Of a DNA stretch of 64,000 nucleotides, positions 38,161 to 48,243 are shown piece after piece (the stretch's first letter is position 1; each line of letters starts with the position of its first letter). Location of the stretch: assembly GCA_964514995.1 (NCBI GenBank), contig CAZETA010000002.1, positions 10,530-74,529 of the forward strand, in the 5' to 3' direction. Source of the DNA: an uncultured Gammaproteobacteria bacterium. Lineage in GTDB: Bacteria; Patescibacteriota; Patescibacteriia; Magasanikbacterales; GWA2-37-8. The notes beneath the pieces were generated by a model, which saw only the letters and a list, made by a program, of their open reading frames with translations, was not told where the DNA came from and made no database searches. A program made the translations under genes and the position numbers.

Positions 38161-41145
38161 ATGTACAACTCAAATAAAGAAGAACAAGAAATATTGAAAT
38201 ACTGGGAAGAAAAGAATATTTTTGAAAAATCTATTTCCAGTAGGCCCGAAGACAAACCCTATCATTTTTATGATGGGCCGCCGTTTGCGACTGGTTTGCC
38301 GCATTATGGGCATATTGTTGCTTCGACCATGAAAGACGCGGTGCCGCGTTATTTCACCATGCGCGGATACAGAGTAGAGCGCAAGTGGGGTTGGGATTGT
38401 CATGGACTGCCGGTAGAAAATATTATTGAAAAAGAGCTTGATTTGGCGTCAAAAAAAGATATTGAAGAGTATGGTATTGATAAGTTCAATGAAGCCTGTC
38501 GGGCCACGGTGCTCAAATACGCGAATGAATGGCAGAGAACCATCAAACGCATGGGCCGGTGGGTGGATATGCAGGATGATTATAAGACCATGGACCCAAG
38601 CTTTATGGAAAGCGTCTGGTGGGTATTTAAACAGCTGTGGGACAAAGAGTTGATCTATAAAGATTACAAAGCCATGCATATCTGTCCGCGCTGTGCGACT
38701 ACTCTTTCTAATTTTGAGGTAACACAAGGGTATAAGGATATTAAGGATATTTCAGCAACGGTTAAATTTAAGGTACAAGATCCTGAGAAGTATAATTTAC
38801 CAGAAAATACCTATATTCTTGCGTGGACAACTACGCCATGGACTTTGCCTGGGAATGTATTGTTGACGGTAAATCATGACATTGAGTATCTGGTACTAGA
38901 AGTTGAAGGCGATGATAACAAATATATTGTTGCCCGAGAACGAGTTGAGACGGTAATGAAAGATAAGAAGTATACTGAAATAAAAAGGTTTAAAGGTGCT
39001 GATTTGGTTGGTTTAGAATACGAACCACTGTTTAGTTATTATAAAGATACGCCAAATGCCTTTAGAGTGGTAGCGGCAGAATTTGTTTCTACTACCGATG
39101 GAACAGGTGTGGTGCATATTGCGCCGGCCTTTGGCGATGATGACTTCCAGGTTGGCAAGCGTGAAAATGTTCCGCTCGTGCAGCATGTATCTATGGATGG
39201 CAAATTTGTCTCAGAAGTGACTGATTTTGCTGGTATGGAAGTAAAACCAAAAGACGATAACACTAAGGCGGATGTAGAAATTATCAAATGGCTTGCGCAT
39301 AACAGTAAATTATTCAGTAAAGAAAAAATTGAGCACAGTTATCCACATTGTTGGCGATGCGATACCCCGCTTCTAAATTACGCCACCACCAGTTGGTTTG
39401 TCCGTGTAACCCAGATCAAAGAGCAATTACTGAAAAATAATCAGAATATCAATTGGGTGCCCGAACATATCAAAGAAGGCCGGTTTGGTCAGTGGCTAGA
39501 AGGTGCGCGTGATTGGGCGATTTCCCGCAGTCGGTATTGGGGCACGCCACTACCAGTCTGGGAGTGTATCGGTGAGAAGTGTGAACACAGATTAGTGATT
39601 GGTTCTGTAGATGAGTTTGAAAAGCTGTCTGGACAGAAAATAACCGACCTACATAAACATATTATTGATGGTATAGAACTTTCGTGTGAGAAGTGTGGTG
39701 GTACCATGAAACGCATCCCAGAAGTATTGGATTGTTGGTTTGAGTCTGGGAGTATGCCGTATGGCCAGATGCATTACCCATTTGAGAATAAGGCTAAATT
39801 TGAGGGCAGTTTTCCGGCTGAATTTATTGCCGAAGGTCAAGACCAGACTCGGGGATGGTTTTATACTCTCCATGTCTTGGCAACGGCCCTTACGATGGGA
39901 GATGAGCCCGCAATTCCAGTAAATCGTTCAGAGCCGGCATTTAAAAACGTTATTGTTAACGGTATTGTTTTGGCTGAAGACGGACGCAAGATGAGTAAAC
40001 GATTGAAGAATTATCCTGAACCGGAAATCGTGTTAGAAAAATATGGCGCTGATGCGTTGCGATATTATTTGCTTACCTCGCCAGTCATGCAGGCGGAGAG
40101 TTTGAATTTTTCTGAAGCTGGCGTGCGAGAAATGTATAATAAGCTGATTAATACGGTGTATAATGTTTTGGAATTTTATAAAATGTTTGCTGACAATGTC
40201 ATCCTGAGCGAAGCGAAGGATCCCTCCCGATTGGACAAAAGGGATTCTTCTGCGAAGCCTCAGAATGACGGGCCAGAAAATGTACTGGATAAATGGATTT
40301 TGGCAAAGCTGCAAATTTTGGTAAAAGAAGTCACTGAAGGCATGGAAAGTTATAAATTAGTTGAGGCGAGCCGACCGATAGTAGAATTTGTGACCGAATT
40401 ATCACAGTGGTATGTTCGCAGATCTCGCGATAGATTCAAAGGCGAGAACGAGCAAGATAAACAGGCTGCCCTTGTCACGTTGCGTGAAGTATTGTTAACC
40501 ATTTCCAAGATAATGGCACCGTTTACCCCGTTTATTGCTGAAAAAATATATCAAGCGGTAGGTGGAGAGCGAGAAAGCGTTCATTTGGAAGAGTGGCCAG
40601 CCTTTTCTGAAGCTTCGGCGAACGAAGCCCGGGTTATTTCAGAAATGGAAACAACACGTAAGATTGTTGAGGTCGGATTGGCGTTGCGTGCAGAAACCGG
40701 AATCAAAGTACGGCAACCTTTAGGACAATTAAGCATTACCAATAAACAGTTATCGGAAAATTTTTTTGGAATCATCGCTGATGAATTGAATGTAAAGACA
40801 GTGCAGGTAGCAGAAAATTCTAATGATACAACTTTGGTTTGGAAAACAGAAGGAGATTTGGCGGTCGGTCTGGATATTATTATTACCGATCAGCTCAAGA
40901 AAGAAGGCGTCCTTCGCGAAGTTGTCCGGACTATCAACCAGATTCGCAAAGATCAAAAATTGACTATCTCTGATCGGGTAAAAATTGTCTATGAGGCAAA
41001 AGATGAGTTGTTGCAGTCGGTATTTACGGATTATAATGAAGAAATTAAAAAATCTGTGTTGGCAGATGAGGTGGTAGTAGGAGAAGCTGGTCAGGAGGTA
41101 GAAATTGGGGAGGGAAAGGTAATGATTTTGGTGGAGAAGGTATAA
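38161..41145 (+). CDS. ileS: Isoleucyl-tRNA synthetase (type 2)
   Basis: DGPPFATGLPHYGH, GWDCHGLP, WTTTPWTLP, DQTRGWF and KMSKR motifs. Confidence 0.98.
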   Translation: MYNSNKEEQEILKYWEEKNIFEKSISSRPEDKPYHFYDGPPFATGLPHYGHIVASTMKDAVPRYFTMRGYRVERKWGWDCHGLPVENIIEKELDLASKKDIEEYGIDKFNEACRATVLKYANEWQRTIKRMGRWVDMQDDYKTMDPSFMESVWWVFKQLWDKELIYKDYKAMHICPRCATTLSNFEVTQGYKDIKDISATVKFKVQDPEKYNLPENTYILAWTTTPWTLPGNVLLTVNHDIEYLVLEVEGDDNKYIVARERVETVMKDKKYTEIKRFKGADLVGLEYEPLFSYYKDTPNAFRVVAAEFVSTTDGTGVVHIAPAFGDDDFQVGKRENVPLVQHVSMDGKFVSEVTDFAGMEVKPKDDNTKADVEIIKWLAHNSKLFSKEKIEHSYPHCWRCDTPLLNYATTSWFVRVTQIKEQLLKNNQNINWVPEHIKEGRFGQWLEGARDWAISRSRYWGTPLPVWECIGEKCEHRLVIGSVDEFEKLSGQKITDLHKHIIDGIELSCEKCGGTMKRIPEVLDCWFESGSMPYGQMHYPFENKAKFEGSFPAEFIAEGQDQTRGWFYTLHVLATALTMGDEPAIPVNRSEPAFKNVIVNGIVLAEDGRKMSKRLKNYPEPEIVLEKYGADALRYYLLTSPVMQAESLNFSEAGVREMYNKLINTVYNVLEFYKMFADNVILSEAKDPSRLDKRDSSAKPQNDGPENVLDKWILAKLQILVKEVTEGMESYKLVEASRPIVEFVTELSQWYVRRSRDRFKGENEQDKQAALVTLREVLLTISKIMAPFTPFIAEKIYQAVGGERESVHLEEWPAFSEASANEARVISEMETTRKIVEVGLALRAETGIKVRQPLGQLSITNKQLSENFFGIIADELNVKTVQVAENSNDTTLVWKTEGDLAVGLDIIITDQLKKEGVLREVVRTINQIRKDQKLTISDRVKIVYEAKDELLQSVFTDYNEEIKKSVLADEVVVGEAGQEVEIGEGKVMILVEKV
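40198..40269. repeat. 72-bp palindromic REP/RPE-like insert, in frame within ileS
   Basis: GTCATCCTGAG...CTCAGAATGAC outer arms and GAAGGATCCCT...AGGGATTCTTC inner arms; encodes VILSEAKDPSRLDKRDSSAKPQND. Confidence 0.85.
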
Positions 41146-41269
41146 ATTTTTGGTCTTGTTATTAATAATTGAGTGCTTGACATTCCTCGCTTGTTACCCT
41201 AAAGTATGATAGCTAAAGGTCGAAAAGAGGGGGGGCTAAGATTTAAGGTAAATAACATTTTATATAACT

Positions 41270-42187
41270 ATGAAAAATAAAATTTTAGCCTTGGCGACCA
41301 CTGTAGCTGTTTTTGTTTGTGCTATAGTTGCTGTAAAATTTGTCAGGGCAACTTCAATTAACAATATATTGCCAGTTGAAGACAGCGATTCTCAATCCTT
41401 TATTCCTAGCAACTCTTCTATTCTACCCGGAGATCATCATAAGATGGTGAATGAGAATGAATGTGACGGGGATCAAAATTTTAACTATACAAATAGTGTT
41501 GGGAATGCAGAGTCCTATGGATTAGATCTTTCTTCTGTTCCTAACAATGCTTTTATCACCTCTATAACTATAACACCTTGCGCTTCTGGTAATGCAGCTA
41601 TACCACCTACAACTTCTCCTGCGGGCGCCCGGATGGATGTTTTTTATCGACTGAATCATGTGGTGAACAGTAGTGTGGGCACATATTTTTTTGATGATAC
41701 GAACAAAATTCCTGCACCACTTCCTCCAACTCAATTTTCTGGCTTATCTATTTTAAAGGCAGCAGGTACTCACCTGCAGGTTGGTGCTCAATACATATCC
41801 GGCACGGCTGGAGTTCGTTTAAGTCAAATAGTTACAGATATCTCATACGTTCAAGTTCCTATCTTTAGTACCAGCTCGCCAGCTACAGTCAGTTCAATAA
41901 AAAAGTTTTCCGCAACCTTAAATGCCCAGGCCAATCCAAATACTAAGGCTACGACTGGTTGGTTCCGATATAGCAATATTTCGCCGGGAACGTGTAATGA
42001 TGTATTTGGCACCAAAGTTCCCTCATTAGGTATTGCGCTTGGTTCTGGGAACCTTCCTGTTCCTTACTCAACTAATGTAACAGGACTTTTTTCAGGAACA
42101 CGTTACTACTATTGCGCTATTGCAAGTAATGCTGACGGTGTAAGTTTTAGTGCTCTACAATCATTTGTTACGTTACCTTCGTTTTAG
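41270..42187 (+). CDS. Secreted/surface protein with a C-terminal FN3-like domain
   Basis: Signal peptide, S/T/P-rich, ATL......N...T..WF.Y and L..GT.YYY.A.A.N. Confidence 0.75.
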   Translation: MKNKILALATTVAVFVCAIVAVKFVRATSINNILPVEDSDSQSFIPSNSSILPGDHHKMVNENECDGDQNFNYTNSVGNAESYGLDLSSVPNNAFITSITITPCASGNAAIPPTTSPAGARMDVFYRLNHVVNSSVGTYFFDDTNKIPAPLPPTQFSGLSILKAAGTHLQVGAQYISGTAGVRLSQIVTDISYVQVPIFSTSSPATVSSIKKFSATLNAQANPNTKATTGWFRYSNISPGTCNDVFGTKVPSLGIALGSGNLPVPYSTNVTGLFSGTRYYYCAIASNADGVSFSALQSFVTLPSF

Positions 42188-42199
42188 TTTTAAAACCCC

Positions 42200-42230
42200 A
42201 AAAAAGCAGCCCGTAAACAGGCTGCTTTTT
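42200..42230 (+). terminator. Intrinsic terminator
   Basis: AAAAAAGCAGCC...GGCTGCTTTTT. Confidence 0.8.
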
Positions 42231-42302
42231 GGTTTTAAATGGTTTGACATACCCTTGTTTTTACGGTAAATTACCGTAGATTTAAGTTATAATCTGCATA
42301 GT

Positions 42303-43268
42303 ATGTTAACGTTCAAACAAGCCTATGATTTGGGAATAAAGCTAGGTATGGAAGCTGACCCTCGTGGACAAAAAAGCGTTAAAAGATATTTAGAAAGAGT
42401 CAAGAAGGAATATGATGATCTCAAACCGGATGATAAGAAATATTTTGATACAGAAAAATTGGAAAATCCCTATGACGATTGTCGTATCAATTGCGGAAAT
42501 AATAGCGCTCCGGTAAAGCGAGTGTTGGCGGGTATAGATATCAGCCCTGGAGAAATTTTATTAGCCACTCAGCTCAACGAGCGCGGCAAGAAAATTGACG
42601 CGGTTATTGCCCACCACCCAGAAGGTGCGGCGCTTGCCAGCTTGCACGGCGTTATGGATATGATCGCTGAGATGTATGAGAATTTGGGAGTGCCGGTGCA
42701 TGTGGCTGAGCGGCTTATGGCGGAGAGAATCAATGAAGTTGGGCGTGGTGTGCACCCAGCCAACCACTATCAAGTGGTAGACATAGCTCGTGAGCTTGCG
42801 GTAAATTTTATGAACATGCATACTCCGACTGATAATTTAGTAACTAAATTTTTGGAAGATTTTTTGGCCAAGAAAAAACTTGAAACCGTGGGTGATGTGA
42901 TGAGCGCTTTGATGGAACTTCCCGAATACCAAGAAGCAAAAAAACGAGGAAATGGACCAAATCTGTTTGCGGGCAACCCAAAGAATAGAGTGGGTAAATT
43001 ATTTGTGGAGATGACTGGCGGCACCAATCCGTCTAGTAAGGTCTATTCTGAACTTTCTCGCGCGGGAGTTAGCACGTTAGTAGGAATGCATATGCGCGAT
43101 GAGTCGCGGGAAAAGGCTGTAGAATTTCATATGAACGTTTTGATTGCTGGACATATGTCCTCCGATTCACTCGGCATGAACTTGTATTTAGATGAACTAG
43201 AAAAAAGAGGTGTGGAAATCGTGCCGTGTGGTGGGCTCATTCGAGTCAGTCGAGTAAAGAAAAAATAA
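42303..43268 (+). CDS. NIF3-like (NGG1p interacting factor 3) protein
   Basis: AGID, AHHPEG, HTP.DN, GMH and AGH.SSDS.G motifs. Confidence 0.85.
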   Translation: MLTFKQAYDLGIKLGMEADPRGQKSVKRYLERVKKEYDDLKPDDKKYFDTEKLENPYDDCRINCGNNSAPVKRVLAGIDISPGEILLATQLNERGKKIDAVIAHHPEGAALASLHGVMDMIAEMYENLGVPVHVAERLMAERINEVGRGVHPANHYQVVDIARELAVNFMNMHTPTDNLVTKFLEDFLAKKKLETVGDVMSALMELPEYQEAKKRGNGPNLFAGNPKNRVGKLFVEMTGGTNPSSKVYSELSRAGVSTLVGMHMRDESREKAVEFHMNVLIAGHMSSDSLGMNLYLDELEKRGVEIVPCGGLIRVSRVKKK

Positions 43269-43271
43269 CTT

Positions 43272-43841
43272 ATGATTTCAGTTATCGCCGGTAAAATTAT
43301 CTCTAAGGATGAAAATAAAATTACCGTGTTGACTGCCGGCGGAGTTGGGTATGAAGTAATGGCTAGTGTGCGTTCTGTTGAGGGTTGGGAGGTGGGGGGA
43401 GAAGTACAGGTGCTTACGTATTTAGCTGTTCGAGAAAGTGCGCTTGAGCTATACGGTTTTGCTAATGTTCAAGAAAAAGACCTGTTTGAAAAATTTTTAT
43501 TGGTGAGCGGGATTGGGCCTAAGACTGCTCTGCATTTACTGTCTGTAGGTACCGTGCAAGAAATTTCCACTGCTATTGCCAATGAAGATCTGGCTTATCT
43601 GACCAATGTGAGCGGGATTGGAAAGAAAACTGCAGAACGAATTTTGGTGGAGTTGAAGAATAAAATGGTGGCAGGTGTAATGGGAGAAGCTGGAATTGAC
43701 GGATCATTGGGTGATGTCATCGAAGGCTTGATGGCCCTTGGCTACTCTCAAGTTGAGGCTCGAAATTCCGTAAAAGATTTAAAGATTGCCGGGAAAAATA
43801 GTGAACAGATTCTGAAAGAAGCGCTACAAAGAATCAAATAA
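43272..43841 (+). CDS. ruvA: Holliday junction branch-migration protein RuvA
   Basis: GGVGYEV, LYGF, VSGIGPK and GIGKKTAERI motifs. Confidence 0.96.
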   Translation: MISVIAGKIISKDENKITVLTAGGVGYEVMASVRSVEGWEVGGEVQVLTYLAVRESALELYGFANVQEKDLFEKFLLVSGIGPKTALHLLSVGTVQEISTAIANEDLAYLTNVSGIGKKTAERILVELKNKMVAGVMGEAGIDGSLGDVIEGLMALGYSQVEARNSVKDLKIAGKNSEQILKEALQRIK

Positions 43842-43869
43842 ATTAAATTTAATTCATTAATGTAAACAT

Positions 43870-44634
43870 ATGCAGTTTGTCGTTACAGTGCTGCCTTGGG
43901 TAGTCCTTGTTATAATCTTAGGTCTACGCACAGTGCAACAGTATGAAAAAGGCGTGGTATTTCGTTTAGGTAAGATAGTTGGCACTAAAGAACCTGGCTT
44001 AAACTGGATCGTACCATTTATCGATCGGTTGAAAAAAGTCGATCTTCGCACCATCACACTCCCGGTTCCAACCCAAAAGATAATTACACGAGATAATGTG
44101 TCTGTGGATGTCTCGGCAGTAGCCTATTACAAGGTGGTTGATACGGTGAAGAGTATTGTAGCTATAGAAAATGTGATGAGCGCGATCAATCAGATCGCTC
44201 AGACTTCTATTCGCAATATCGTTGGTAAATTCCAGCTTGATGAAATTTTAAGTGAACGTGAACAAATCAACAAAAGCATTGCCGCCGTACTTGATGCTCA
44301 CACCGAAGCGTGGGGAGTTGTAGTCTCTGTGGTTGAAATAAAAGATATTGAGTTACCGGAAGGCATGCAGCGTGCTATGGCCAAACAAGCAGAGGCAGAA
44401 CGCGAAAAACGAGCGAAGATTATTGCTGCGGAGGGTGAGTTCCTCTCTTCTCAGAAATTGGCTGAAACCGCCGATGTTATGGCAGCTCATCCGATTGCCT
44501 TACAATTGCGTAATTTGCAAACGATGGCTGAGATCAGTGTAGAAAAGAATTCTACCATAATCTTCCCGGCCCAGTTTATGAGTACTATTGCCGACATTAA
44601 GAAGTTTATGGGTCAGGAGCATGGAACTATGTAA
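43870..44634 (+). CDS. SPFH/slipin (stomatin-like) protein
   Basis: ITRDNV.V.V and RAMAKQAEAEREKRA motifs. Confidence 0.93.
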   Translation: MQFVVTVLPWVVLVIILGLRTVQQYEKGVVFRLGKIVGTKEPGLNWIVPFIDRLKKVDLRTITLPVPTQKIITRDNVSVDVSAVAYYKVVDTVKSIVAIENVMSAINQIAQTSIRNIVGKFQLDEILSEREQINKSIAAVLDAHTEAWGVVVSVVEIKDIELPEGMQRAMAKQAEAEREKRAKIIAAEGEFLSSQKLAETADVMAAHPIALQLRNLQTMAEISVEKNSTIIFPAQFMSTIADIKKFMGQEHGTM

Positions 44635-44650
44635 AGTAGTAAATAAAACA

Positions 44651-44677
44651 CAAAAAGGCGCCTATAGCGCCTTTTTT
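44651..44677 (+). terminator. Intrinsic terminator
   Basis: AAAAAGGCGC-CTATA-GCGCCTTTTTT. Confidence 0.8.
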
Positions 44678-44759
44678 GTTGCGGTTTATTTGATTGACAG
44701 TTCAGGCAGATTTGAGTATTATGGAGCAGATTCGTATAATTCGCCACTTAAAATAATAT

Positions 44760-45749
44760 ATGAACAAAGATAATCTTATATTCTACGAAAATAGAAAATT
44801 AATCGGAAAGGCATCAATTTTGGGCGTCCCATTGGATCTTGGAAAGGATGCTGAAGGTACGATGTTTGGCCCGGATTATATCAGAAAATGTGGTCTGAAA
44901 AAAATGTTTGAGGCCAGCGGCTTGTTGGCAACTGACTTGGGCAATATCGAATGTGTGGAGAGGAAAAATGCTGTCATGGGTGAGAAGAATCTAAAGTATT
45001 TAGGCGAGATTGTCCGAGTGCTAGAAAAGACAGCTGAGACTGTTAGCAACGAAGTTGCGTCCAAAAGCAAGGCGGTAGTGTTGGGAGGTGACCATACAAT
45101 CGCTATTGGAACCATTTCTGGCGCATCTGTGGCGTGTAAAGGCGATTTGGGTGTCATCTGGATTGATGCGCACGGCGATATGATGACTCACGAAAATACA
45201 TTGTCTGGCAATATTCACGGCATGCCTTCCGCTGTTGTACGAGGTTTGGGACATTCCAAGCTAGTCGATGTGTTGCAACCAGGAGCAAAAATTAAAAAAG
45301 AAAACATCGTGTATATCGGACTAAAGGATTTGGACCAGGCAGAAATAGACTTGATCAGGAAGGATAAATTACATGCTTTTACCATTATGGATTTGATGCG
45401 TAGTGGTTTTGAGCCGGTATTTCAGGCGATCATTGATTTGCAAAAAAGGGTAGGCAATGTCTGGATAAGCATTGATATGGACTCCATTGATTCAATGTAT
45501 GCGCCAGCGACTTGTTTAGCTTCACCCGACGGCCTTACGAGAAGAGAGGTTGTCAGCTTAGCAAAATTTATTGGCAAAAATTGTCAGGTGGTGGGTCTGG
45601 ATGTGGTAGAGATTGCCCCGGAATTTGATGTAGAAGAGAAAACCGGTCGGCTGGCCGTAGAGCTCATATCCTATTTTCTTGGCGCTGATTACGGATGGTA
45701 TGCGCAGTATATGGATAAAGAGATTGAAAAACAGCAGGAACGATCCTAA
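44760..45749 (+). CDS. Arginase
   Basis: LGGDH, WIDAHGD, SGNIHGMP, S.D.D..D and DVVE motifs. Confidence 0.92.
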   Translation: MNKDNLIFYENRKLIGKASILGVPLDLGKDAEGTMFGPDYIRKCGLKKMFEASGLLATDLGNIECVERKNAVMGEKNLKYLGEIVRVLEKTAETVSNEVASKSKAVVLGGDHTIAIGTISGASVACKGDLGVIWIDAHGDMMTHENTLSGNIHGMPSAVVRGLGHSKLVDVLQPGAKIKKENIVYIGLKDLDQAEIDLIRKDKLHAFTIMDLMRSGFEPVFQAIIDLQKRVGNVWISIDMDSIDSMYAPATCLASPDGLTRREVVSLAKFIGKNCQVVGLDVVEIAPEFDVEEKTGRLAVELISYFLGADYGWYAQYMDKEIEKQQERS

Positions 45750-45759
45750 GTTGAATATT

Positions 45760-45789
45760 AAAAAAGCCCGACGTTGCGCCGGGCTTTTT
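45760..45789. terminator. Bidirectional terminator
   Basis: AAAAAGCCCG...CGGGCTTTTT. Confidence 0.75.
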
Positions 45790-45792
45790 AGT

Positions 45793-47343
45793 TTATTTCA
45801 ATTTTTCTCTGAGTAGTTTTTCCGCAACCACAGGATCAGCTGAGCCTTCGGTGGCTTTCATCACCATGCCTTTGAGGAACTGGAGGATTGCTTCTTTGCC
45901 ATTTTTGAACTGTTCCACTTGTTGCGGGTAGTTTTTGATAATTTCTTCTACCACGGTCGCAAGTCTCCCCTCATCGCTGATTTGGCCGTAGCCTTTTTCT
46001 TCCATGACATGGGTTGGATCAAGATCAACACCTGAGTCAAGCATTTCTGCTAGAATTTTTTGGGCGTTGGTAGAATTTACTCGATTGCTATAAATCAAGG
46101 CGATAAGCTCAGCAAAATTTTCCGGTTTGAGTTTTAGGACTTTAATATTAATACTGCGCTCAGCCATGGCACCGACCAGTTTGTTGGTAATCCAGCCACC
46201 GGCAAGTCGCGCTACTTGCTGTTTTTTGTTACTCAGAATTTCATTCGTATCAGTTTTTGACTCATTTAAGTTGTATAGCCAATCATTCAGTTCGCTCATG
46301 ACTTCTTCAGCATATTCAGCCCAGGCTCTATCTGCTGCCAACATTTCAGCATCAGCGTAGGAAAAGCCGTATTCGTCTCGGAAGCGTAAGCGTTTATCGT
46401 GTGGTAGTTCAGGCAAAGAAATATTTCCAGCCACAGTGAGCGGATGAAACGGAGGGATATCCGGTTCGGGGAAATAGCGATAATCAGCAGAGGTTTCCTT
46501 TTCGCGCTGCATGACCGTCTCGCCTTTGCTGTCGTCCCAACCGCGAGTCTGTTGTTTCCAGGTTTCACCTGTAGCGAGCATTTCGGTTTGGCGTTTAATT
46601 TCAAATTCAATGGCCTTCTCTACAGCTCGGAATGAGTTGATATTTTTTACCTCTACTTTCGGGTTGAGGATATATCCATCCACGGGTTTTATTAAGCCAT
46701 TATCATTGGTAAATCTTCCTTCTTCCTGTAGAGAAATGTTCGCTTCGCAGCGCATATTGCCCTTTTCCATGTCCGCGTCGCTTATTTCCAGGTAACGAAA
46801 AATATTTTGTAGTTCTTGGCAGTACGCCTTTGCTTCGGCAGAGCTTGTAACATCCGGCTCGGAGACGATTTCTACCAGCGGTACGCCAGCACGATTGAAG
46901 TTTACCAGCGTGTTGCCGGAAGCATCATGTGATAATTTTGCCGTATCTTCTTCCATATGCACGCGAGTCACGCCAATGCGGGCCTTGTCGCGATAATTTT
47001 TAGTTGGTAGAAATTCCAGATCAATATAGCCATGTTCGCCGATCGGTTGGTCGTATTGAGAAATCTGATAGGCTTTGGGCAAGTCAGGATAGAAGTAATG
47101 TTTACGGTCAAATTTACTGTTTTTATTTACCGTGCAATGCAGTGCCTGGGCAATTTTTGCGGCCCAAGCGAGCGCCGTTTGGTTTGGAACGGGCAAAGTG
47201 CCGGGTTGGCCGAGGCATATTTCGCAGATGTTGGTGTTTGGTTCAGAGATAAATGGATCATTTTTACAGCTGCAAAACATCTTGCTCTTTGTCTTTAGTT
47301 CCACATGGATTTCCATGCCGATGATAGGAATATATTTTGGCAT
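45793..47343 (-). CDS. gatB: Asp/Glu-tRNA amidotransferase subunit B
   Basis: IGMEIHVEL, FDRKHYFYPDLPK, HMEED and YRYFPEPD motifs. Confidence 0.97.
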   Translation of the reverse strand: MPKYIPIIGMEIHVELKTKSKMFCSCKNDPFISEPNTNICEICLGQPGTLPVPNQTALAWAAKIAQALHCTVNKNSKFDRKHYFYPDLPKAYQISQYDQPIGEHGYIDLEFLPTKNYRDKARIGVTRVHMEEDTAKLSHDASGNTLVNFNRAGVPLVEIVSEPDVTSSAEAKAYCQELQNIFRYLEISDADMEKGNMRCEANISLQEEGRFTNDNGLIKPVDGYILNPKVEVKNINSFRAVEKAIEFEIKRQTEMLATGETWKQQTRGWDDSKGETVMQREKETSADYRYFPEPDIPPFHPLTVAGNISLPELPHDKRLRFRDEYGFSYADAEMLAADRAWAEYAEEVMSELNDWLYNLNESKTDTNEILSNKKQQVARLAGGWITNKLVGAMAERSINIKVLKLKPENFAELIALIYSNRVNSTNAQKILAEMLDSGVDLDPTHVMEEKGYGQISDEGRLATVVEEIIKNYPQQVEQFKNGKEAILQFLKGMVMKATEGSADPVVAEKLLREKLK

Positions 47344-47453
47344 AACAATAGGCTTAGTATGGTATAAGACTATCATTTTTATCTGCGATTGGCAAACAAT
47401 AAAAAAATTAAAACCCCCGACTAATCGAGGGTTTTAATTGGGGTTTTTGATCT

Positions 47454-48212
47454 TTACACTGAGGGTGGGGCAGTAGGTGTTTCTCTTGCGACAGGATTTT
47501 CTTTGGCGCTATAGAATAGTATTACACTTGCAGCGGTAGAGATCGGCATTACGGCCATGCTTATAAATGAGCCGAGTAGACTTCCCAGAGCTTCCTGTAG
47601 GAAATCCGCTATAGGGATTTGTTTGACTACCTCCATGAGAAATGCGTTTGGAAGTAGAACTAGGACAGCACTCACAACACCAATGATAGCTAATCTGCCC
47701 GCGATACTCCACCAACGTCCGACTACCAAAGATTTACTTATGCTAAGAGCATTCATACCGCGAGCATTTTCAAGCGCAACTGCATACACTGCAAAGTTGT
47801 ACCAAACCGCAAAAATAATGCCCGGGATTATAAATAGTATGGTGCCGCCGAGTACTATCAAGGATGTCAAAATCGACACCCAAATAAAAGGCAGGATTAC
47901 ATGGTTGGATGCTTTGAGGTTTTCCTTCCAATTGAGCGGCTGACCTAAGGTAGCTGCCCGCGCGGCTCGAATGAGCGCGATTGATGCCCAAATTGTGGTA
48001 ACTAAGCTAGCAGAAAAAAGTGCCACAATAAGTATGCTGGTCACACCGTCTGAAGCCGGAAAAAAAATCGAAAGATAAAGTGACAAGGCGCCCAAAATTG
48101 ATAGTAGTAGAGTTGGTAAAAATAGCACGGCTATATAAGGAATAAATTCGCGCCAATGTCTTTTGTATAATTGGAAGCTTTCTGAGAGGATTTCAGACGC
48201 TGTTTTAAGCAT
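47454..48212 (-). CDS. Integral membrane protein
   Basis: About five TM helices, IIPGI and AL..S..LV.GRWW pattern. Confidence 0.75.
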   Translation of the reverse strand: MLKTASEILSESFQLYKRHWREFIPYIAVLFLPTLLLSILGALSLYLSIFFPASDGVTSILIVALFSASLVTTIWASIALIRAARAATLGQPLNWKENLKASNHVILPFIWVSILTSLIVLGGTILFIIPGIIFAVWYNFAVYAVALENARGMNALSISKSLVVGRWWSIAGRLAIIGVVSAVLVLLPNAFLMEVVKQIPIADFLQEALGSLLGSFISMAVMPISTAASVILFYSAKENPVARETPTAPPSV

Positions 48213-48243
48213 AGTGTTAAGCTTATATGGTTAAGAGTGAATG

